Of a stretch of DNA of 64,000 nucleotides, positions 36,724 to 46,344 are shown piece by piece. Made by a program: the position numbers and the translations under genes. The stretch's first letter is position 1; every line of letters begins with the position of its first letter. This DNA comes from a virus. The stretch lies in the IMG/VR virus record IMGVR_UViG_3300002835_000070, positions 38,229 to 102,228 of that record; one strand, written 5' to 3'. The notes under the pieces were generated by a model. That model had not been told where the DNA came from and made no database searches. It saw only the letters and a program-made list of their open reading frames with translations.

Positions 36724-36936
36724 ATGGCTTATACAGACGTTGGTACAGGTGGTAGGATTTACAGTGTTGGGGAAGAAGATAGATTAATTGATGCCGTCAA
36801 TCGACAAGAAGCAGGTTTTGCGGAAATCGAAAAAAGTCTTACTGCAAAAAAAGACATTGCAAGATATGCCATAATTGGAATTGGTAGTATTTTAATTTTA
36901 GTCTTATTGAAATTTGCAATAAAAAAGAAAAAATAA
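36724..36936 (+). CDS. C-anchored small protein
   Basis: TM plus KKKK. Confidence 0.75.
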   Translation: MAYTDVGTGGRIYSVGEEDRLIDAVNRQEAGFAEIEKSLTAKKDIARYAIIGIGSILILVLLKFAIKKKK

Positions 36937-37637
36937 TGAGTGCAGGTAAAATAATAGAAAGCGTAATTATATTTGGTGGTATCGGAACGATGGCATATTT
37001 GTTGTTTAAAAAGAAGCCTGTTATTGCACAAGAACCAATTCCAATAAAATACAATGTTGTTGAAAAAGGAAAAACTGCGGTTAATGAAGAAGATTGGATT
37101 AAAGGACAAAGAAAACTATGTGTAGATTTTATAACTAATAAAACAGGTCTTGCAACAGGTCACTCTTTTGAGAATTATCGTAGTTGTAATGATATTCAAG
37201 AAAAAAATGAATTAAGTGAGCATTTAGTTGATATAAACGTTTTAAACAATAGAATAGATTACAACAAATTAAAATCTGAACAATGGAGTGCTACTTATTT
37301 ATCATATTTAACGCCACAAGGGGAATTAAAAGCAAACACTTGTTTGGAATTAGATTGGTTAATTAAAGATTTTGGTATAGAACAAGTACATTTATCAGTT
37401 AGTGCTATTGGAATAAGGCAACAAATTGTTAAAATGGCTAAAGAAAAGTATGAAAGATTTAATTGTAGAGATAAAGTAGAGGCAGTAAGAACAAGAGATT
37501 TAATAGCTTTACAAACGCAAGGTTCTATAAAAGCTGAAGAAAGTATTGTTAAAAAAGGTTTTGCAGAACAAAAAACATATATAATATTGGGTGGATTAGT
37601 TTTATTGACAGGGTTTTATATAATTGTAAAAAAATAA
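36936..37637 (+). CDS. Membrane protein anchored at both ends
   Basis: N- and C-terminal TMs; C-half similar to 37642. Confidence 0.75.
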   Translation: MSAGKIIESVIIFGGIGTMAYLLFKKKPVIAQEPIPIKYNVVEKGKTAVNEEDWIKGQRKLCVDFITNKTGLATGHSFENYRSCNDIQEKNELSEHLVDINVLNNRIDYNKLKSEQWSATYLSYLTPQGELKANTCLELDWLIKDFGIEQVHLSVSAIGIRQQIVKMAKEKYERFNCRDKVEAVRTRDLIALQTQGSIKAEESIVKKGFAEQKTYIILGGLVLLTGFYIIVKK

Positions 37638-37641
37638 TATT

Positions 37642-38118
37642 ATGGCGCAATTACTTAATTATATTTATGGTTTAGAAAATGTAGGAAAATGCGAATTAAG
37701 CTATGATGCAAATAAAGCATATTCTTGTGGTGCTAATAAAATGCAATTATGTCCTGACTATATCAAAATACCTGTTGTTGATGATAAGTATTTTGACAGT
37801 CGTTCAATTTATGAAAAGTGCAAGTGCATAGACAAGATAAAATCAAGTCTTGAAATACTTGCTAAAAACGAACCTGCTAAATATAATGCCTACTTTGATA
37901 TTTACAAAAAAAAATACACTCAAAATAATTGCGCTGATGTTTTTAAGAATTATATAGCAACTAATCAACAGGATATTTATAATACTACTACACAGGCGGA
38001 TAAATTAAGAATTGAAACACAAAGCATTAAAGAGAGAAATCAAAGAATTTACATCGGTGTAGTATTTCTTGCGGTTGCCGTTGGAATGGTTGCTATATAC
38101 CAAACAAGGAATAGTTAA
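37642..38118 (+). CDS. Cys-containing C-anchored protein
   Basis: Six Cys; TM tail. Confidence 0.75.
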   Translation: MAQLLNYIYGLENVGKCELSYDANKAYSCGANKMQLCPDYIKIPVVDDKYFDSRSIYEKCKCIDKIKSSLEILAKNEPAKYNAYFDIYKKKYTQNNCADVFKNYIATNQQDIYNTTTQADKLRIETQSIKERNQRIYIGVVFLAVAVGMVAIYQTRNS

Positions 38119-38133
38119 TATAATATAATTAGT

Positions 38134-38694
38134 ATGAAAAAAGTTTTTTTATTTGGAGGATTAGCCCTTGCGGGTTTTGGATTATATAGGTACTTTAAGT
38201 ATCAAGTTGACTTGGCTTTAAATTATCAGTATGCGCTTAAAGATTTTGAAATCATAGGTCAAAAGGATGATATTATGCAGGTTTCAGCAGTATTTAGTAT
38301 TACAAATAAGTCTTCATTTAAAGTTGAAGTTAAAGACTATGATTTACAATTGTTTTTCAAAGACTTGCCTTTTGCTAATACAAAATCAACTCAAAGCATA
38401 ACAGTTCAGCCAAACTCAACTTTTGAAGTAAAGGGTTATGGGGAAATAGATATTCAAAAATCAAAAGTAGCTATTTTGCCTTTTATTAAAGACGTGCTTG
38501 ATAGAAAACCAATAGATATTGCCGTTTCAGGAAAAATAAATGTTGTGTTTCTTGGAATACCTACATCGTTAAATTTCAACAAAGAAAAATTCAACTATTC
38601 AGTCGATTTGATTCAAGATTATAATTTAGGAAGTGCTTATGAAAAACTTAAAGCAAAATACCCTAAAGTATTTTCTTTTTTAGGAATTAAGTAA
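38134..38694 (+). CDS. LEA_2/WHy-like domain protein, N-anchored
   Basis: FSITNKSSFKVEVKDYDLQL...ITVQPNS...I.V.GKI. Confidence 0.7.
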   Translation: MKKVFLFGGLALAGFGLYRYFKYQVDLALNYQYALKDFEIIGQKDDIMQVSAVFSITNKSSFKVEVKDYDLQLFFKDLPFANTKSTQSITVQPNSTFEVKGYGEIDIQKSKVAILPFIKDVLDRKPIDIAVSGKINVVFLGIPTSLNFNKEKFNYSVDLIQDYNLGSAYEKLKAKYPKVFSFLGIK

Positions 38695-38814
38695 AAAAAC
38701 ATTAATTTTACAAAATATTAATTTATTTTATATAAAATAAAAAACAGATTAATTTAGCATTTTAAATATTTAACAAATATTGTTAAAAACAAGAAATTTT
38801 TAAACTAAAACACT

Positions 38815-39210
38815 ATGATTGAGGGAATTGTTAAAAAGATTATGATGACGGGAATTAATAAGTATGCAGAAACATACATAACGTCAAATGATAATGTTCA
38901 AATTAAGGTTACTGACGATATTAACGGGAATGTTTTTTATACTATGTGTAATGACTTCAAAGATGTTGAAACTGTTACTTTTTTGAATATAATGGACAAA
39001 AGAATGGATTTTTTCGGGTATGAGGGATTAGCTTCTCCGTTCTTGAAAAAAGCATTAGGAATATTCGCTGACGAAGCAAATTGCGAAGTGTCTAACGTTA
39101 ATTGTTTTATTATGAAACATAAAGAAACAGTTGGCTTGGCTTTTTATAATGGATTCAAAAGCGGTAAAAATATTCTTCTTGCAAAACAATTAGAACAATT
39201 AGGATTATAA
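38815..39210 (+). CDS. Hypothetical soluble protein
   Basis: ORF with A-rich leader. Confidence 0.7.
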   Translation: MIEGIVKKIMMTGINKYAETYITSNDNVQIKVTDDINGNVFYTMCNDFKDVETVTFLNIMDKRMDFFGYEGLASPFLKKALGIFADEANCEVSNVNCFIMKHKETVGLAFYNGFKSGKNILLAKQLEQLGL

Positions 39211-39222
39211 AAAAATATTATT

Positions 39223-39525
39223 ATGGCTTTGACAAGAAAACCTAAAGAAACCGTTACGGTAGATGCAAAAGATATTACTTGGATAAAAGATATTCTAAAA
39301 GAATTATCATTAAAAGTAGAAACTATTGATAAAACAACAACCAAGTTAAATACTACAATTGTTGGCGACCCCTCATACGGACAGATAGGTTTGATTACGC
39401 AAGTCAAAGAACATAATGATTACATTGAATCAGACAGAACTTTTAAGTCTAAATTGATTGGTGGAAGTATAGTTTTAGGTGGTCTATGGACAATTCTTTT
39501 AAAATTTTGGGAAAAAATATTTTAA
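39223..39525 (+). CDS. Coiled-coil protein with C-terminal TM
   Basis: Heptads and a hydrophobic tail. Confidence 0.7.
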   Translation: MALTRKPKETVTVDAKDITWIKDILKELSLKVETIDKTTTKLNTTIVGDPSYGQIGLITQVKEHNDYIESDRTFKSKLIGGSIVLGGLWTILLKFWEKIF

Positions 39526-39537
39526 AAATAATTTAGT

Positions 39538-42500
39538 ATGGCATATCCAAATGGGTCGATACCCGTAACAAGTAGTATAGGCACTACTGCAAGTAGTGAT
39601 ACATTTCCAACGCACATAGATAATCTTGGGGCAGGTGGTCTTATGACTATGCTCACAGTTGCCAATATGAACTCAATACCAACTTTACGAAGAAAGTTTG
39701 GTATGCAAGTTTCAGTAACAAGCGATTCAACTCCCGCAAACAATAAAGTTTACATTTTAGCAAACGTTGCAATGGGTGGAACAGATAATTCTGTTTCAAA
39801 TAACTCAAACTGGATTGATTATAGTTCTTATATTGGTGCTGGTAGTCCTTTTGAGTATGGCACTAATGATGCTATTCAGCCAGTAATAGGTGGGAATGTT
39901 GCGAGTGGTTGTCAATCAACAATTGGAGGAGGTAGTTGCAATACTGCAAGTGGTTGTAAATCAACAGTAAGTGGTGGAAACGAAAATCTTTCTTGTGAAA
40001 TACTTTCTACGGTTGGAGGAGGTACAAGAAACTATGCCAAAGGTAGTTGCTCAACAATAGGAGGTGGTCAAAACAATAGAGCTATTGGACAATGGTCGTT
40101 TATTGGAGGGGGGTATAATAATTGTGCCGTAGGAGGTTACGCAACAACTGTCGGAGGTGTTGGTAATGTAGTACAATCTAGTTTTTCAACAATTATTGGT
40201 GGTAAAAGTAATACAGTTTATGGTGTTTTTTCAATAGTTGGCGGTGGTCTATATAATAAATCTTGTGGGTATTATTCAACAGTCGGAGGAGGTTTTTGTA
40301 ATAAAGCCTATGTTCATTGGTCAACAGTAAGTGGTGGAACTTGTAATATTACAAATTCAAGGTTTTCATTTATTGGAGGTGGTCAAAGAAATATAATTCA
40401 ATCGCCTACAAACGAATGTTGCTCTTTGGGAGTAACAATTGGTGGTGGTATTGGTCATAATACTGCTGGTGGTGTTTTAAATACAACTAATGGAGATTTA
40501 ACTGGTGCAATTACTTGTTGTAATGCTGGAAGATTATCTACAATTAGTGGTGGATTACTAAACTGTGGTACTGGTAATTATTCAACAATTGGTGGTGGTA
40601 AATTTAATACTGCTTCAAGTTGTTATTCAACAATTGGCGGAGGTAATAGCAATGTTTCAAGTGGTACTCATTCTGTAATTAGTGGCGGTTGTTGTAATAC
40701 CTCATCGAGTTTATTTACAACTGTTGGTGGAGGACAAGCTAATACATCATCAGCACGTTGTTCTACTGTTGCAGGGGGTGCTTCTAACATATCTTCTAAT
40801 CGTTGCTCAACTGTTGGTGGAGGAACTTTAAACTTGGCATCAGGTTGTTCTTCAACTATCGCAGGTGGTAGGTTTAATTGCGCCACAAATGATGGTTCAA
40901 CAGTTGGTGGCGGATGTTGTAATTCATCATCTTCTGTTTTTACAACAATTGGTGGTGGTTTTACTAATATTGCTTCTGCTTTTTATTCAACAATTGGCGG
41001 TGGTTATAAAAATTGTAGTTGTTGTAATTTTTCTTTAGTTGGAGGAGGTTTTTGCAATTCTGTTAAAACTGAATTTTCAACAATATCAGGTGGTAAACGT
41101 AATAATACTTGTTTAGGGGAAAATATAACAATTGGTGGCGGTTATTGTAATACTGCTTCTAATTATTATTCAACAATTGGTGGCGGTTATAAGAATCTTG
41201 CTGATGGACTAAATAGTGCTATTTTGGGAGGTTCTACAAACAAAACGTGCGGATATGCCAATGCAATGATAATCGGCTCTAATTTATGTGCAACTCAAGC
41301 GTGTACTACATTTACTAATTGCCTTTCAGCGCAAAATTTATCAGCAGGTTGTGCCGTTGTAGTTGGAGCAAATGGTGTGTTAGTAAATGCACCGACAATT
41401 CCTTACGTTGGCAGTATATTTCAAATAGGGATAGGAACAGGAAGTACAGAGCGTTGTGGTTTATCGAATAATGCTCAAGGTAATTATTCAACTATTAGCG
41501 GTGGTAAATCTAATTGTGCTTTAGGTATATATTCAATAATAGGTGGTGGTTCAATAAACACTACAAATGGTATTAATTCAATTGTAGGTGGGGGGGAAAA
41601 AAATCAAGCTATTTGCGAACATAGTGTAGTTGTAGGTGGATATTGTAATTCATCAACAAACATACACGCAATAGTAGGTGGCGGTGGTTTTAATAATGCA
41701 AGTGGAGTTTATTCAATGATTGGAGGAGGTTGTGCTAATATTGCTTCAGGTAAATATTCAACAATTGGAGGTGGTTATACTAACATTTCTTCTAACAAAA
41801 CAACAACAATAGGCGGTGGTTATCAAAATACTGCTTCAAATTCAGGTGCTACTATTGGTGGTGGTGGAGATAATCTCGCAAGTGGTTTTACTTCAACAAT
41901 TAGTGGTGGCGGTTGTAATACCGCATCTGGTTGTGTTTCATTCATTGGTAGCGGAATTCGTAATACCGCATCTAATTGTTTTTCAATAATTAGTGGTGGA
42001 TTTTGTAATACCGTATCGGCTTGTTATTCGATAATTGGGGGTGGTATATGTAATACTGCATCTGGCAATTGTTCAGCTATTTTAGGGGGGTGTTTAAATA
42101 ACACTTGTACTTTTGATGACGCTATGATAATCGGCTCTAATTTATGTGCAACTCAAGCGTGTACTACATTTATGAACTGCGTATCGGCTAATAATTTAAC
42201 AGTTGGTTGTTTTGTTAGCGTTGGCGCAAATAAAGTACTTGAAAATGCGCCTTTTGTTCCAAATAGCGGTTTATTCGCTCAAACAACAGATAGCACTCCT
42301 GTAACGGCAACTGATGTTGAAAGTTCTTTAATAGGTGTTGGTGTTGGTACATTAAGTGTACCTGCAAATGGATTTTCAGTAGGAGATAGTTTTAATGCGG
42401 TTTTAGACGGTATTATTTCAAATGTCGGAACTGCGACCCTACGTATAAGAATAAAAACACTTTCGGGTGCGCCTTTAGCAGATACGGGAGTTCTTGCTTT

Positions 42501-42774
42501 AGACGCTTCTACTTTAAAATCTTGGACACTAATATTACAATTTACAATTAGAACATTAGGAACAACAGGCGTAGCATCAATTTCGTCAGGTGGTTTGTTT
42601 TCATATATTAAAAATGCGGGAACAAGTTTTGAGGGATTCGTTTTGACACTATTAAATACAACTACTTTTGATACTACAATAAATAATACATTAGTCATTA
42701 CGGCTCAATGGAACACTAACAATGCGGGTAATTCAATGTTTTCGAGAAATTTCGTCTTGAGTAAAGTATATTAA
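39538..42774 (+). CDS. Fibre/spike protein 1: shared N-domain, Gly/Cys-rich 15-aa repeats, beta-sandwich-like C-domain
   Basis: STIGGGxxNxASGxx repeats, resembling trimeric adhesin-head beta-rolls. Confidence 0.75.
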   Translation: MAYPNGSIPVTSSIGTTASSDTFPTHIDNLGAGGLMTMLTVANMNSIPTLRRKFGMQVSVTSDSTPANNKVYILANVAMGGTDNSVSNNSNWIDYSSYIGAGSPFEYGTNDAIQPVIGGNVASGCQSTIGGGSCNTASGCKSTVSGGNENLSCEILSTVGGGTRNYAKGSCSTIGGGQNNRAIGQWSFIGGGYNNCAVGGYATTVGGVGNVVQSSFSTIIGGKSNTVYGVFSIVGGGLYNKSCGYYSTVGGGFCNKAYVHWSTVSGGTCNITNSRFSFIGGGQRNIIQSPTNECCSLGVTIGGGIGHNTAGGVLNTTNGDLTGAITCCNAGRLSTISGGLLNCGTGNYSTIGGGKFNTASSCYSTIGGGNSNVSSGTHSVISGGCCNTSSSLFTTVGGGQANTSSARCSTVAGGASNISSNRCSTVGGGTLNLASGCSSTIAGGRFNCATNDGSTVGGGCCNSSSSVFTTIGGGFTNIASAFYSTIGGGYKNCSCCNFSLVGGGFCNSVKTEFSTISGGKRNNTCLGENITIGGGYCNTASNYYSTIGGGYKNLADGLNSAILGGSTNKTCGYANAMIIGSNLCATQACTTFTNCLSAQNLSAGCAVVVGANGVLVNAPTIPYVGSIFQIGIGTGSTERCGLSNNAQGNYSTISGGKSNCALGIYSIIGGGSINTTNGINSIVGGGEKNQAICEHSVVVGGYCNSSTNIHAIVGGGGFNNASGVYSMIGGGCANIASGKYSTIGGGYTNISSNKTTTIGGGYQNTASNSGATIGGGGDNLASGFTSTISGGGCNTASGCVSFIGSGIRNTASNCFSIISGGFCNTVSACYSIIGGGICNTASGNCSAILGGCLNNTCTFDDAMIIGSNLCATQACTTFMNCVSANNLTVGCFVSVGANKVLENAPFVPNSGLFAQTTDSTPVTATDVESSLIGVGVGTLSVPANGFSVGDSFNAVLDGIISNVGTATLRIRIKTLSGAPLADTGVLALDASTLKSWTLILQFTIRTLGTTGVASISSGGLFSYIKNAGTSFEGFVLTLLNTTTFDTTINNTLVITAQWNTNNAGNSMFSRNFVLSKVY

Positions 42775-42793
42775 TATAATTAAAAAAAGCATA

Positions 42794-43750
42794 ATGGCAA
42801 TAAATAAATCACAACCACAGAATATATCATCGCCTAACGGAAATTCATTAGCAGTATTTGTAGATGGTATAACAGGAGTTCTAACACTAAAAGACGTTTA
42901 TGGCGCAACAGAACCTTTACAAAACTATGTAACAGGTGGCGGTGGCGGTGGAAGCAGTGTTTACGCAGGAGATTCGCCAACAACAGTAATAGTTGAAAAT
43001 ATACCAATAGGTACAGATATTACAGGATATACTTATGACGATTTATTTCAAAATATATATGCGCCTTATGTATATCCAACTTTCACTTCGTTTGGAATTA
43101 CACAAACTACTCCTATTGAAGTGGGAACAACAATTAGTGGTGCTAAATCATTTAGTTGGGCGTTTACAACTCCGTCTAATTTACAAGCAAATAGCGTTTC
43201 TGTAATTGACGTTACAGACGGAAATACAGTCTTGCAATCAGGTATAAGCAATACAAGCCCTCAAAATGTAAATATTGGGTCGGTTCAAAAAATAGTTTCT
43301 TCAATTAATGAATGGAAAGCAACTGCAATTGACACAAAATCAAATGTAATTACAAGTACATTTGCAACTGTTATATGGTATTGGAAATTATATTATGGCG
43401 TTAGTGCTAATCCAACATTAAACGAGGCTCAAATAGAGGCTTTGACAGGGGTTTTAAAAGCAAATCAAATAGGAGATTATACTTTTTCTACATTAAATTA
43501 TAAATACATTTGTTATCCTGATACTACGCCTTTTTCAAGTCCAACAACTGCAACAGGTTTTAAAGATACTGCTACGAATTTAGTGGTAGCAATGGCTGAT
43601 GCGACAGACGATGCTTTTTATAGCAATGTTGAAAATGGGTGGTCTTATGGTACTGTAAGTGTTACTAATGCTCAAGGAGTTACAGTAGATTATAGAGTTT
43701 ACAGAACTAAATATGAATTAGGTGCAGAAATAACAATTAGAGTTTCCTAA
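42794..43750 (+). CDS. Beta-rich structural protein in the fibre cluster
   Basis: T/S-rich, Gly hinge, located between fibre genes. Confidence 0.6.
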   Translation: MAINKSQPQNISSPNGNSLAVFVDGITGVLTLKDVYGATEPLQNYVTGGGGGGSSVYAGDSPTTVIVENIPIGTDITGYTYDDLFQNIYAPYVYPTFTSFGITQTTPIEVGTTISGAKSFSWAFTTPSNLQANSVSVIDVTDGNTVLQSGISNTSPQNVNIGSVQKIVSSINEWKATAIDTKSNVITSTFATVIWYWKLYYGVSANPTLNEAQIEALTGVLKANQIGDYTFSTLNYKYICYPDTTPFSSPTTATGFKDTATNLVVAMADATDDAFYSNVENGWSYGTVSVTNAQGVTVDYRVYRTKYELGAEITIRVS

Positions 43751-43767
43751 TTTAAAAATAATTTAGT

Positions 43768-46326
43768 ATGGCATATCCAAATGGGTCGATACCCGTAACA
43801 AGTAGTATAGGCACTACTGCAAGTAGTGATACATTTCCAACGCACATAGATAATCTTGGGGCAGGTGGTCTTATGACTATGCTTACTGTTGCCAATATGA
43901 ACTCAATACCAACTGCTCGAAGAAAGTTTGGTATGCAGGTTTCAGTTACAAGCGATTCAACTCCTGCAAACAATAAAGTTTATATTTTAGCAAACGTTGC
44001 AATGGGTGGAACAGATAATTCTGTTTCAAATAATGCCAATTGGATTGAATATTCGTCTTTTAATGGCGCAAGTCCTTTTGAACATAATGCTAATGCAACG
44101 GGTATTCAGCCGATAATAGGTGGTAATAATGCGAGTGGTGTTAATTCAACAATTGGGGGTGGTCAACAAAATACCGCTTGTGGTTGCACTTCAACAATTG
44201 GAGGTGGTGCAAATAATGTTTCAGGCAAATTAAGTACATATTTTCAAACTTGCAACACTAATTACGCACGGTTTTGTACTAATTCAGGATATGTTAACGG
44301 AAATGTTAATTTTATAGCACCAAACTTTAGTTATTTTTGTTTTATCGGAAATCAAACTACTTATTTTGGAAGCCCCGATATTATAAGTGGTTTATATTTA
44401 AAAAGCGATACTCCTCTTAACTCTTTTAGTTGCTATCAACCTAACACGGGGTTTTCTTTAATAGGCGCATATTACAATCCATCTACGCAGAATACCTGTG
44501 TAGGATTCTCTCCTAACTTATATAGTGAATTTTCAATAAATCAATATCCAGGTTCTTTTATAGGAGGAGGAAATTCAAATTTATCTTGCGGAAAAAATTC
44601 AGTTGTAGTTGGTGGTTTAGAGAATAATGCTTTATGTGCATACTCGACAATTGGGGGTGGTCAATGTAATAATTCAAGTGGTTATTCCTCAACAGTAAGT
44701 GGTGGCGGTAGTAATACCGCTTCGGGTTATATTTCAACAATTGGCGGAGGTAATAGCAATGTTTCAAGTGGTACTCATTCTGTAATTAGTGGGGGTTGTT
44801 GTAATACCTCATCGAGTTTATTTACAACTGTTGGTGGAGGACAAGCTAATACATCATCAGGACGTTGTTCTACTGTTGCAGGAGGTGCTTCTAACATATC
44901 TTCTAATCGTTGCTCAACTGTTGGTGGTGGAACTTTAAACTTGGCATCAGGTTGTTTTACAACTATCGCAGGTGGTAGGCTTAATTGCGCTACAAGCTAT
45001 GGTTCAACAATTGGAGGTGGATGTTGTAATTCATCATCTTGTTATTTTACAACAATTGGCGGTGGTTATTGTAATATTGCTTCGGGTTATGATTCATTTA
45101 TTGGTGGTGGTAGAACAAATACCGCTTCAGCTTGTAAATCAACAATTGGCGGAGGTTGTTGTAATACCGTTTCGTGTTATATTTCAACAATTGGAGGTGG
45201 TTATCGCAATACTGTTTCGGGTAGTATTTCAACAATTGGAGGTGGCGGTAATAATAACGCTTCGGGTCAAGGTTCGACAATTAGTGGTGGTCAATGTAAT
45301 ACCGCTTCGGGTTATTGTTCAACAGTTGGAGGCGGTTCTTGTAATTCATCATCGAGTCTTGCTACAACAATTGGGGGTGGACGTTTTAATATTACTTCTG
45401 CTTGTAATTCAACAGTTGGAGGCGGTTCTTGTAATATTGCTTCGTGTGCTAATTCAACAATTGGTGGTGGTCTTAAAAATACTGCTTCGGGTGCTACTTC
45501 AACAGTTGGCGGTGGTTGTTATAATACCGCTTCGGGTGGTGCTACAACAATTGGGGGTGGACGTTGTAATATTGCTTCTGCTTGTTATTCAACAATTGGG
45601 GGTGGTTGTGTTAATACCGCTTCGTGTGCTAATTCAACAATTGGTGGTGGTAAACTTAATAAAACTTGCAATAGTTATGCAACAATTGGGGGTGGTATTG
45701 AAAATACCGCTTTGGGTGCTACTTCAACGATTGGGGGTGGCTTTCAAAATCTTACTTCTAATAGTATTTCAACAATTGGTGGTGGCTCTCGAAATACCGC
45801 TTCGGGTTTTATGTCAACAATTGGGGGCGGTTGTTGCAATATTACTTCTAATTGTAATTCAACAGTTGGTGGTGGTCTTAAAAATACCGCTTCGGGTTAT
45901 TCCTCGATAATTGGTGGGGGTTGTTATAATACCGCTTTGGGTTGTAGTTCAACAATTGGGGGTGGTTTTCAAAATACAGCTTCGTGCAATAGTTCAACAA
46001 TTGGGGGTGGTTGTCAAAATACAGCTTCGTATTGCCATTCAACAATTGGGGGTGGTTGTCGTAATACCGCTTCGGGTTTTGGAGCTACTATTTCAGGTGG
46101 TTTTAGTAACTGCGCTAATGGTATTAGTTCTTTTATTGCGGGAGGAACTTGTAATAGCACATCTTTTTTTGATTTCGCAATGATTGTAGGTTCTTGTATA
46201 ACCGCAAATAGAGTTTGTACTACATTTGTAAATAATTTATCTATAATGAACATTCCAACATATAGCGCAGGTTTACCAAGTGGTGCTTTGTGGAGTAGTG
46301 GCGGAACAATATGTATTGTACCGTAA
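43768..46326 (+). CDS. Fibre/spike protein 2
   Basis: Same N-domain and repeats; non-repeat insert near the start. Confidence 0.75.
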   Translation: MAYPNGSIPVTSSIGTTASSDTFPTHIDNLGAGGLMTMLTVANMNSIPTARRKFGMQVSVTSDSTPANNKVYILANVAMGGTDNSVSNNANWIEYSSFNGASPFEHNANATGIQPIIGGNNASGVNSTIGGGQQNTACGCTSTIGGGANNVSGKLSTYFQTCNTNYARFCTNSGYVNGNVNFIAPNFSYFCFIGNQTTYFGSPDIISGLYLKSDTPLNSFSCYQPNTGFSLIGAYYNPSTQNTCVGFSPNLYSEFSINQYPGSFIGGGNSNLSCGKNSVVVGGLENNALCAYSTIGGGQCNNSSGYSSTVSGGGSNTASGYISTIGGGNSNVSSGTHSVISGGCCNTSSSLFTTVGGGQANTSSGRCSTVAGGASNISSNRCSTVGGGTLNLASGCFTTIAGGRLNCATSYGSTIGGGCCNSSSCYFTTIGGGYCNIASGYDSFIGGGRTNTASACKSTIGGGCCNTVSCYISTIGGGYRNTVSGSISTIGGGGNNNASGQGSTISGGQCNTASGYCSTVGGGSCNSSSSLATTIGGGRFNITSACNSTVGGGSCNIASCANSTIGGGLKNTASGATSTVGGGCYNTASGGATTIGGGRCNIASACYSTIGGGCVNTASCANSTIGGGKLNKTCNSYATIGGGIENTALGATSTIGGGFQNLTSNSISTIGGGSRNTASGFMSTIGGGCCNITSNCNSTVGGGLKNTASGYSSIIGGGCYNTALGCSSTIGGGFQNTASCNSSTIGGGCQNTASYCHSTIGGGCRNTASGFGATISGGFSNCANGISSFIAGGTCNSTSFFDFAMIVGSCITANRVCTTFVNNLSIMNIPTYSAGLPSGALWSSGGTICIVP

Positions 46327-46344
46327 TAAAAAAAATAATATAGT

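Noticed and set aside
44972-46183. Long alternative-frame ORFs (QQLEVVVVIPLRV repeats)
   Set aside because: Shadow frames of the 45-nt periodic fibre gene; no independent leader.
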